Source: Pelomyxa schiedti (lineage: Eukaryota; Protista; Evosea). Taken from it: a stretch of DNA of 64,000 nt. The translations under genes and the position numbers were made by a program. Positions 1-10,530 of the stretch are shown here, one piece after another; positions within the stretch are counted from its first letter, which is position 1, and each line of letters begins with the position of its first letter. The notes under the pieces are model-generated. The model worked only from the letters and a program-made list of their open reading frames with translations. It made no database searches and had not been told where the DNA came from. The stretch spans positions 1 through 64,000 of the forward strand of contig JAHLWZ010000199.1 of the NCBI GenBank assembly GCA_020536535.1, in the 5' to 3' direction.

Positions 1-592
1 CTCAGCTCTGGTGCAACCCGTTTGTATGGAGGGGGATATTCCACATGACGCACCTCGTTGGTTTCCCACCAGTCATCACTTTCCGTGTAGAAGAGGACAA
101 ACCATGACCCTAGCACCAACAACATTGAGACAATACTAGTAATAAAAAATATTTTCTGGTTAAATGCAGTATTATTAGCTTCGGTCCATTGGAATAAAGT
201 ATGAAAAATCCCTGTCTTAATTCCTGTTCGATGCCCAGAAGGTTTGTGACTTCGCAGGGAGGATTGTACCATAATGAGATACGATACAGCCCATTGAAAT
301 TCTTGCGACCGTTTCTCATCATTGTGACGACGTGGCACGCGGTCGTGGCGGGGCTGGTTAGGTGGAGCAGGTTGCCACAGATCGCCTCCCAAACAGCATT
401 GTGGGTTTCATCAGGGAGAAAGAAGCTCACGAGGTCCGCGTGGTCGTGAATCAGCTCCGGATCAACAGAACTTCTGAAAAACCCAATCGTGTCCCCAACA
501 CCCTGAACCGAACGCACATTTGGCGACCAGTAGGGTGTCCTTTGGCCATATGCATTGTACCGCGTTTTGAATGGTCCAACGGGGCGCAGCAT
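1..592 (-). CDS. Hypothetical protein, possibly a divergent eIF4E-like fold; 3' end unresolved and may run off the window
   Basis: Open frame from ATG 592 (MLRPVGPF...). Motif spacing FFRxxxxP...WE...VVxxxR...RISLW...IEQELR resembles the eIF4E core. Downstream splicing is ambiguous. Confidence 0.4.
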
Positions 593-626
593 CAAGTTCC
601 TGACTGGAAAAATTCCGATCATCGTG

Positions 627-2722
627 ATGAGCCGTTCGTGGTGGGGTGTGGTGTGCGCGGTGGTTTTTGTTGGGGGTGGCGTAGGAGGAGTTGTGGGAGA
701 GGGGTGCGAGTGGGGAGCAAAGATGGCTGTTCCGCAGGGGGGCGTGGACCCGTCCGGGGGGCCGTGTCCCACAATTGGCGTGGGCCCCGACGCGTGCCCG
801 GTGGTGCCGTCCTACGCCGACATGGGCGACAACTTGTGGCCGTGCCCCACGCCCGACCCCGACAGCGACGAAACTTGTGCCTCCCAGTGTGTGTCTGTGC
901 TTTTTTTGTTTTTATTGTTGTTTCGTGTCTATTTTGGGGAATGATATGAGCTGGGATTGTGGGAGTTTGGGCGTTTTTGTGTTTACTTGGTTGGTTGGAA
1001 TTTGACATATTTGGGAAAGGAATTGCACTACTGGGAGTGGAACGAACCCGTTGTGTACATCATTTGACCCTGTTCAGGGCTTGGGTTGTTGTTGTGCTAT
1101 GAAGGGCTGCGCAGTTCAACCTCGGTTCAACTGGATTCTCTCTGTATTCCCCCTTTTTCTCTCTTGTACTTCCTCTTTTTACTAATATGGTTGTAACAGA
1201 CTTGCCAAGGAAGTGGATGTGGTGCCTACGATTCTGCACCATCAGTCAAGACATACAAAGATGCCGGGAGCTCTTTGGTGTTAAACTACGTTGCTGCATA
1301 CCAATACAGCACCACAGATAAGCTCTGGCACCTTGTTGAAGACTCTTCGTTCAACACAAATGGCTCCTTCCCTGCATACGACACATTGAAACCTCTAGGG
1401 GGACTGGATTCTGCTAGTGCATGGCTCAGCCCTCAACCAGGAGGTGCAGCCGCATGGACTTGGGGATATTATCCTGCTGGCGTTCCTGGTTACATTCTTC
1501 CTGATTTTTTGTTTGTCGGTTGTGCTCAACTCCAGTAGGACTGGAGCCTCCAGGCATGCTCTTTGTCATTTCTACTGAAACTGTAAGTAGGACTATTAGT
1601 GAACCTTCTTAATCATATCATTCTTTTTTTCCACAGTGCTACAACATGGCGTGGTATATGCTCAACCAGGTATTTATTCAGATTACAATCTTTGAATTGA
1701 ACTGTTTCTCTTCCCAAAGGTCACCCTTGACCGCGGACCAGCTATTGCCTATCCTGCCTCTGGTTGTGCTGTGACAAATGATAACTGTTGGTCAAGTGGA
1801 AATGCTGGTTTGCTTTGCATTCACTGTTTTATTGTTCTCATAAATACTCCTTAAGGTGAAATTGACTTCCTAGAGTCGCCATGGACTGTAAACTCTGGTG
1901 CAACTGATGACTACAAACGGTTGTATGCCACACAGGTAATAGAGGGACTAAAAACACAAAATCTCACAATACATTGCCCATAGTGGAACCAAATTGGGAG
2001 GTGTTTCACTGGACAAATGGGATCCACATGCAATGCTGATGGGGGGTGGTTTTCTGACACAGAGACATCCAACAACTACTTTATTGGGAGTGATTCACCA
2101 ATGGTTTGGGCTGCTGTTGTGGACAAGATAGGAACATTCATTTACAGGATACCAGCAGATTCTGCAGATAGCATTTGGCCTGGTCTATCCAGAAAGGTTT
2201 GTTCCAAAAAAAACCAAAAAACCAAAAACCCAAAATGCTTCCACTCGAACCAAAAAACAGAAGTAATAATCTCATAATATTTCCCTATTCTATTCAACAG
2301 CCTAACAAAACACACAACAGACAGCCGACTGCACACTACCAAACAGGCCAACAGAAATGCCAACAAACTCAGGGCCGCCGTGCAGCTCCGAGACGTCGTA
2401 CTGCGCCCTGTTCCTTCCGAACTGCCAAGCCACGACCTACGGGGCGGCCAAGTCAGGGGTGCAGGGGGGAGCCAACGAGGGCTGCAAGGTGAACGGGCAG
2501 CAGGGCTGGTGCACCAACTGGTGGGCCGCGTTCTTTGGCGACACTGGCCAGTGGCTGTGGCCCAGCGGCGGTAAGTACAGCGTCACGCAGTTCCAGCCTC
2601 CAGCGGCGGCTGTAAAGCAGCCATGGTACTCTGAGATGGAGGCTTACAAGGTCGACTGGAGCGGCAATCCTCAGTACAACGCTGGGTGTTGTGTTGAAGG
2701 CCAAGGTAACTGCCCACAGTGA
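627..2722 (+). CDS. Secreted Cys/Trp-rich protein with a GH16-type catalytic motif (Tos1/YJL171C-like), multi-exon
   Basis: Hydrophobic N-terminus MSRSWWGVVCAVVFVGGGVGGVVG. Spliced reading gives MAWYMLNQ...DNCWSSGNAGEIDFLESPW, with ExDxxE at 1858-1875. GT-AG introns join the exons in frame. Stop at 2720-2722. Confidence 0.65.
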
Positions 2723-2852
2723 AAGTCAAAGTAATAAGTAAGGGAGAAGAGTTGGAAAAGAACCTTTTGTTGTTTTTTAATTCTTATGCATTCAACTTGT
2801 CTTTTTTTTTTTTTTTTTATGGTGAAGTTTCGAGTGTTGTAAAACAACATCA

Positions 2853-3680
2853 TCAAGATTGTTCCCAGAGGTTGCAGATCAGAGTTGCCATTGAATCAGG
2901 GGTCTGAGTGAAGGGAAGTGTGAGGCAGAATAAAGGATTGAAAAACTGTGTTGTACCATGGAACAAGTGCATCGGTATTGGTCAAACTGAACCGTAATCT
3001 CACCATCTGGCAGGGAGTTAGAACAAGATATACCAAACAGCTATCTAGTTATAAATGGTGTACCTTTGGCATGCTTGGCCTCGTGGTAGAGCTTGCGCCA
3101 GGTATCCATTGAGAGTTCTTCCTCCATAGGCTGTTCAAGATATGTTGTTGCACCATGAAGGAAGAAAAGGAAGTACCTCAGAAATCATCACATTGAAGCA
3201 ATTTTGGCCAATGACTTCAGGTACACTCCACATACAGTAAACAGTGAGCTTCCTAGCATCGTGGCCCATAATGTTATATGACCTGATAAAAGTTTAACAT
3301 GGGTCAAACATGAATGTGAGTAAGTACATGACACCAGCAGTTCCCTTCATGGCCAAGTGGCGCTTGCAGAACAACATAGGGGCACCCATCTCAGAATGGC
3401 ATTCACCAGGTGGTTCCTCAATGACCTTTCCCTGAATATTGCTTAGGAGGGTAACAATGAAGTATTCGGCGGTTTACAGAATGAATGTAGTAATCAGGTT
3501 CAGAGAGAGTCTTTTCTCTAAGGTAATTGTTCATCCCTTTAGTAGGACGAGTGAGTGATGAAAGTATCAATGAGTGCATGTTCCCGCACCAATAGCACAG
3601 CAACGCTTCTCCTTGCAATCTCTGACCCACTCTTCGAGCTTAGCCTTGAGAGGGTTGCCTGCCCCGATGGTATCTGACAT
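2853..3680 (-). CDS. Actinoporin-like (cytolysin/lectin fold) protein, 7 exons; alternative start at 3704
   Basis: Six GT-AG introns give KRCCAIGMNN...YYIHSGKVIEEPP...KGTAGVMSYNI...VYCMWSVPEVIGQNCFNV...WRKLYH...CSMTPDSMATLICNLW. This is collinear with actinoporin KRKIAVGVDN..YFRSG..GAVGVLAY..LFSVP..N.WNV..YEELYY..FMNSSGHAILEIHV. Confidence 0.75.
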
Positions 3681-4004
3681 GGCGTGAACGGCGGCGCTTT
3701 GCATTTTGTCTAGATCAAGTCTTGCTTGCGCTTGTGTCGAAGGATACAAATTTTGCATTGAATGCAAGTGTCATCTTCCAGCGCTTAAAAGGACTCACGC
3801 AGGCAACTACTGCCAACCGGTGACACAATACTTGTCACACATCACTTTTTTGAGTAAACAATGGAAACTAAGAGCAAACGATTCTTTAAAACAAATTGCA
3901 AGTGGTACACTTGGGTGCCACAACCTGCGACAATTACATGCAGAGAGTGCTGGAGTGAAAGCTCTCTGACTCAATCACAAAGTGTCGTAATTCATCAGTC
4001 GGAA

Positions 4005-7000
4005 ATGAGCCAAGAATCGGCACCGAACACCACACCCACCACTAGCACTACCACGACCACAACCACAACAGCTGCTGCCCCTCCGCCCAGCACAAAGAAG
4101 AAGGGCGGAAACAAAGGGAATGCCGCGGCTCCTACACAGCCCCAGCAGCAGCAGGCGCGCAAACCACCCAAATCCAAGGCCAGGATGTCTTCTCTGGACA
4201 TACGTGCTGTGGTCAATGAAATGCGCAAGCATGTGCTGGGTTGTTGGCCCAACTCCTTCACTTCCTCCTTCGTTCTTACCAACGCAAATAGGCATGCGTG
4301 TGGCTAATGTCTACGATATCAATCCCACAACCTACACTATCAAGATGGGCAAGGCTGGCGAACGTGCCGTTGTTCTCATTGAATCGGCATTCAGACTTCA
4401 CACAAGTAAGTTTGACAGGACAAAACCTGACAGCCCTTCTTGGTTCACAGAGAAGGTGTGTTTAGCCACTTTTGTGCTATTCAGTTTCCAAATTCCTTGT
4501 AGTTGAGAAGGTACTTGAGGGATGCCCTTGTTGACAATGTCCACCAACTTGGTGTTGACCGCGTTATTGAATTCACTTTCAGAAAAGCGGAGCATGCTTA
4601 CCACCTTATTATTGAATTATATGCCTCAGTTTGTATCAATAAGCAGTAGAAGCAAAAATTCCTAACACCCTTTAGGGTAATATTCTCCTTACTGATGCAG
4701 ATCATATTGTTCTTGTAACTTTGAGATCACATGAGGTAGATGTCACAAACTACTTTTCATTTATGTTTTCTGCAGTATGATGAAGACAATCGAGTAAAAG
4801 CACAGAATAGCTATCCACTTAATATGATTCGTCATATGACACCAATCACCATTGAGCAGTTAAGAACTTCCATTACTGAAGCGGGAGAGAAACCTCTCAG
4901 TGATGCTGTTTCCGAAATGTCATGTATTTCTTTCCCTCTTCCCGTTTGAACGACTGGTTTATCTTCAAAAAGCGTTAATTGGCTCCAATCTCACAGAACA
5001 TGCAATCATCACTGCAGGATTCGAGCTCAAGAAGCCTTCAAACACACTGTGTATATACATCTTCAAGGTTGTACTGTAAACTAACAACCTCACAGCTTCA
5101 GAGGAAATTTCTCTACTCTTCCAAGAACTGAAGAACGTTGAAACTCTCTATGAGCAGGCTGGAACCGAAAACAGCGCAGGCTTTGTGCTGCTGGAATCCC
5201 AAGAAGAGAATGCAAGGTTCCCCTGTCTACGTGTGGAAGGCAACTTAAAACAAAAAAGATTCTTGGACTTTTCTCCAGTTATGTTGTGCAACTATCAATC
5301 CAAGCCAGTGAAACAGTTTGAAACCTTCAATGATTGTGTTGATCAATATTTTGCAAAAATTGAAGAACAGAATATTGAGCGCCAAAAAAGGGCACAGGTT
5401 TGATAGCTACGTTCGTTTCCGTGTCTAAGGGTTTATCTCCAGGATGCCAGTGTAGTTAAAAAGAAAGATGCTGTTGTTATTGACCAGGAGGAACGACTTG
5501 AAGCTCTTCGAAGTACCTCTTCAACTATGGAGACACAGGCAGAAGTCATTCTTTCGAATCTTGAAGTTGTTGACCAAGCAATAACAGAGATAAGGTTGTG
5601 TTACAACATCATAGAAACACATTTAATACTGTTTCCAGAAAGTTGCTTGCCACAGGCATACAGTGGAAAGATGTAGAAGCCACAATAAAGGCCCACAAGC
5701 GAAACCCACATTCCGTTGCTTCAGTGATCCAAAGAATCGATTTTACAAACAACAAAGCTTATCTCACACTTCTTGACAGTGAATCTACCCCAAAGCTGGT
5801 AATTTTTGCTGGATTTTTTATTTTTCGGATTTGTAAACAACTTAAAGGTGGAAGTTCAATTAGATCTTAGTGCCCATGGCAATGTTCAGCAATGCTATCA
5901 GGTTCCATTTCCTGTTTAACGAACTTGACTGGTTTACATTTGGCAATAGAACCGAAAAAAGGCTAACGAGAAAGCCAAGAAAACTGAAGATGCCATCCAA
6001 ACAGCCCTGGAAAGGGCAGAAGAAAAACAGCTCAAGGCTCTAAAAAAACAGGTCTTAGGTGTTGAAGTCAATTATGACAAACTGATTAATAGTACAGGCA
6101 ACTGCTGTTCCAGCCATCACTCTTCTCCGGAAAAAGTTCTGGTTTGAGAAATTTCACTGGTTCATCAGCTCCGAAGGGTTCATTGTTATCAGTGGGAAAG
6201 ATCAACAGCAAAACGAAGTTGCTGCACTTAATAATAACTTGCAAGTTAATCACTTTTAGATTGTTTACCGTCGGTACTTGCAAGGTAGAGATGCATACAT
6301 TCATGCTGATATTCATGGAGCCAGTACGTGCATTGTAAAAAACCCAGGTCTTTTTCCTTCTTCACTCAGCAAGATTAAAATACGATATCTACAGACAACA
6401 GAGAGATTGGAGTCACTTCACTTGAACAAGCGGGGCGCTACGCAGTATCTTTTAGTAGTGCATGGGCTGCCAAGATTATAACATCTGCTTGGTGGGTATT
6501 TCCTTCACAGGTATTTTGATCTCTTTTCGAGAGGTAAGGTACAGACCAATTACTAGGTGAGTAAAAGTGCCCCAACTGGCCTGTATCTTAGTACTGGCAG
6601 CTTCATGATTCGCGGGAAAAAAAATTACCTTCCGCCTCATCCACACATTATGGGCATTGGAATTCTATTCATCCTTGACAACGATTCCATTGAAAGACGG
6701 CGCCTTACACACCCCAAACCTGCACCACCAATAGCACATACTGATGCAACTAAAACATCTGAAGAGACCGAAATCCCTGATGACGAGACAGAGATAATAG
6801 GGGAGCCTACAGCACTTGAAGGAGAGTCTACAACTACTTCCACAACCACTACTACTTGCACAACTACATCGTCGTCGTTACAGGAAAACACTACCGAAAT
6901 ACCTGACAACGACGAGGAAACTGTGAACTGCGATTCGACAGAAGAAAATGACGATAATGAACCCGAAGAGTCAGAGAGCATTCAAGTACCCCCACCAAGC

Positions 7001-8076
7001 AAGGTTCCAAGCAAAAAAGATGAAGTGGTATCAATTATTGAGCCTTCCAAGTCGAAAAAGAACACCGGTAAGCAGAAACCCTCAGCGGCAGCAAAGAAGA
7101 CACCTCCCCCTACGGTAGAATATCCTCACATCCAATTGGAACACGAAATTCACAATCACTTTTAGGGTAAAGGTCGTGGGAAGAAAAACAAAAGAGGCAA
7201 GCCAGTTGTGGTAGATGATGATGAAGAAACCAGATTGCGCATGAGATTAATCGGAGTAACAAACCAAGAGTTTCCCCTTCTTCCATGCTAAGTTTACAAT
7301 AGGCAAAACCAGGGAAAGGGAAATCAGCAGCCCCTGAAGCTCCATCGAACCCAGAGCCCCAGCCTGAGACAGAAGTTTTAAAGGAATGTTTCCATTGTGG
7401 CAAAACTACCCACTTGGTATGAGGCAAACTTTCTTGTCAAACACCAAGGAACTGCGCTTATCTTTCTTCTACAGGCAAAGGATTGCCCAAATAAGCCGCC
7501 TCCAGTTGAAAAACCAGCTCCGTCTGAACAGTACTTCCTCCCATTCAATTTGATTGTCTCACACAACCTACCAGAAATCTGGACCGCGAGAATGAAGACA
7601 ACGAAGAAATGAGAACGTTGTACAACAAACATAGTTACTCTTATACTTACAATTCTACTAGGACTAGCACCATCCTCGAGCGGCTGACTGGGAACCCCGA
7701 GCCCGGCGACGTTCTACTCGGGGCCCTTCCCATGTGCGCACCATGGGAAGCCTTGCAATCCTTCAAGTACAAGCTGAAACTCACCCCAGGTGATGTAAAA
7801 CGCGGCACGGCCGCGAAGATGGTGCTGAACCTCCTGACCACACAAGCCGGGGAGGCTGTAGAATCCGGCAGCGGGGACGAGGCCGCCCTCGCCGCCGTGG
7901 AGAAGGCACTGATGTCCCGCGTGTCGCCGGACGAAGTGATACAGTGCGTCATGGGTGATGTCAAAATAGCTGGTGGGCAGGCCTCAACAACCAAGAAAGG
8001 CAAGGCCAAAGGCAAACCAGGCAAGAAAGGTGGCCACCCCAAGGCAAACAAAAAGTCCAGGCGAGACTCTGACTGA
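4005..8076 (+). CDS. NEMF: Ribosome quality control subunit NEMF/Rqc2 (NFACT-N, NFACT-R, CCHC knuckle, DUF3441-type C-terminus), many introns
   Basis: Motifs [89 protein letters not shown] and [21 protein letters not shown], joined by canonical introns. Confidence 0.95.
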
Positions 8077-8210
8077 AATTCGGAAATTCACACCCACCTT
8101 GTGCCCTCGAAGTACAGCCCTAATGCTGCTTAAGCAGCCAATCATTTATTCGGCCTGGAATTTTTCCTTTTGATTGACAGTTTAATTTTGCAAACGCAAT
8201 CGGACAGGTG

Positions 8211-9324
8211 ATGGTGGAGCCCGATGGTGACGAAGATGAGGCCGGAAATGCAGTCGAAGTAGTGCTGCCACAATACGCACCTCCGGAAAAGCGATTTATC
8301 ACTGAGGAGGAAATTTCGCGGTTGAAGGATGAGAGGGCCGAACAAGGCTATTTGCGCGAGGTATTTTTGGCCAACAACGTAGTGATTATTTACATAAGGT
8401 AGTTGAAGGAAGTGGTGCTACTATTACCTCGTTTATAAGTATTAAACTCTTTCTTGGAAAAAAATAGCAAGCCATTGTTGTAACTCCACCAATTATCCTT
8501 TAGACACCATATGACCCTGAATGCGGAAGTTGTCTTTTCTGTGGTCATTTATGCTTTATTAATATAATGTACAGAGCCATTATATGAAAGACTCAAAGAA
8601 AACCGGGAACGAGAGGAATTGGAATTTAGCAAGCGTTTCGCTCTTCGTGAGGAAGAATGATATGTCAAACTGAACTCATCTTTCCTTCACAGCAACCCCC
8701 AAAGCCCTTGATGAAGACGAAGTTAAATTTCTCGATAACCTGGAAATGGAATACAAACAACGAAGAGATTTATTTGAGTCGGAAGTTGAAAAAGAACTAA
8801 AAGTGTTTAAGGTGTGCACTGCACAACACTTCCTCTGGTACTGACATATTTATTGTGCTGGACTCTTACAGGAACAGCAAGCAGGTTTAGTATTGCGGCA
8901 ACTTCCCGTCAGCACGCCACCTCCAGAGGCACCTCAGACACCGACAGCACTTGCATCTTCCACAACCGATACAGATAAACTATTACCGCTGCTGAGATTA
9001 ACTCCAGTTCCAAAAATTCCCACAGAGCCAATTGCCAAGAAACCACGATCCACCACAAATAGTTCCACAGCACCAAATTCTATTCCAAATTCCACACCTA
9101 CGTCCTCTACCTCATCAAGCACACCCACCACAACAAAACCCACCCAAACAAATACGAAAAAACCAACAACAAAGAAGCCAAAAACAAAAAGCACCCCAAC
9201 CAAGGGGAAAAAGAAAAGAACACACAAGCCCGCACCCACAACACCTGATGATAGGCAAAAGCTTACTTCTACTGCCACTACAAATGCCCTCCAAAGTCTT
9301 GTTGCTGGCTACTCCAGTGACTAG
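8211..9324 (+). CDS. FAM192A: FAM192A/NIP30 (PSME3IP1/Fyv6-like) protein
   Basis: RFITEEEI...PYDPECGKPLYERLKEN...PKALDEDEVKFLD...ELKVFK and a C-terminal LQSLVAGYSSD. Confidence 0.8.
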
Positions 9325-9467
9325 CACATAAGAATGCATTAAATAAATAACATTCTGTATACAACAAAATTCCAAAGGGTGCTCAACACTGGACGTGAGC
9401 GGCATTTAAGCGGTCAGTAATTGTTCAGAATCTCGAAAAAGGGTCGTTGTTCCTGTGGCTTCGATAC

Positions 9468-10463
9468 TCATACCCCCCTTTTGAATTCCTGAAAAACGTT
9501 GTGGAACTGACATAGAAGGGCGTTTAGACCCGGAAGGTGACTCGCCCACAGAATCGCCACTATATCTTGCATTAGACATGCCGGAAGTGTACGGAGTCCC
9601 GCGCAATTCTTGCCACATCGCCTGTGATGCGCCAGTAGGAATGTGATTACTCTGTTTTGGTCTGAAACCACGCGGGATATAGTAGTGATGCAGAGCTGAA
9701 TGGTCGGCCGCGTCTCAACACGCAAGTTTTCTTCTGTGTGGAGTGACAGCTGTAGGGCTCGCTGGGAAAACCGCTCAACGGTCGACAGGTGAAGGTTCTT
9801 TCCGTCGAGGAGAACGATGCCGCATATAATGTGGAGAATGGCGTTGGGGCTTTTCGACTCGGAGCCGACGGCTTCGCACAAAGCCAGAAGGTCCTGGATC
9901 ACGGGACGGTTCTGTGCCTTCTCGGGGTAGTACGCGATCGTGGACAAGAACAAGCAGACCGCGCGCTCGACGGCGTACGCGTCCGTGTGCCTCTGGGACA
10001 GCGGCAGGGCCCGGCGGTATGCGTCGATGGCGTTGGGCCAGTCGCCCAGCTGGGTGGCCACGTCGCCCAGCTCCCTGTAGGCCTCGAAGGACCCCACCCT
10101 GCGGAACTCCTGCACCGCGCGGGGCCACTCGGGGGTCTCGGCGCTGCCGTCCGCGCCCACCACCTTCCTGCAGTAGCGCCTCCCCAGCCACAGGTGGGCC
10201 TCGGCGCACCCCTTGGCCGCGCCTTCCCGCAGGAGCGGCATGGCCTCGTCCTCCTTGTTCTGCAGGATCAGCATCTTGGCCCGCTCCGTTGCCGAGATGC
10301 CCTCGGGGGTGTCCCGAGAGCCCCCCCTCAATTTTCCCTGCGGGCTGGGACTTGCCAGTGGCTTGGCGCTGCTGGCGCCGGGCCTGGCGCTCGTGCTCGT
10401 GCTCGTTGCATTTCGGGCTGCCCTTTTGTTGCTCTGGAACCTGGCCTTTTGGCCTCGAGGCAT
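9468..10463 (-). CDS. TPR/Sel1-like repeat protein with a C-terminal 'HxRCG' module, apparently single exon
   Basis: Uninterrupted ORF. Helical repeats (AEAHLWLGRRY, EAYRELGDVATQLGDWPNAIDAYRRAL). C-terminal VITFLLAHHRRCGKNCAGLRTLPACLMQDI. Confidence 0.7.
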   Translation of the reverse strand: MPRGQKARFQSNKRAARNATSTSTSARPGASSAKPLASPSPQGKLRGGSRDTPEGISATERAKMLILQNKEDEAMPLLREGAAKGCAEAHLWLGRRYCRKVVGADGSAETPEWPRAVQEFRRVGSFEAYRELGDVATQLGDWPNAIDAYRRALPLSQRHTDAYAVERAVCLFLSTIAYYPEKAQNRPVIQDLLALCEAVGSESKSPNAILHIICGIVLLDGKNLHLSTVERFSQRALQLSLHTEENLRVETRPTIQLCITTISRVVSDQNRVITFLLAHHRRCGKNCAGLRTLPACLMQDIVAILWASHLPGLNALLCQFHNVFQEFKRGV

Positions 10464-10530
10464 TGTTTTTTTGTGTGATTTCATTGTTGTTCAAACATTC
10501 AAATTCGTTTTTTTTTTTTTTTGCAGTTTA

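Noticed and set aside
156-211. Possible non-canonical GA-AG intron in the first gene
   Set aside because: It looks intron-like (CTAAT branch motif, CAG end), but the frame also reads through, canonical alternatives exist, and I found no second example.
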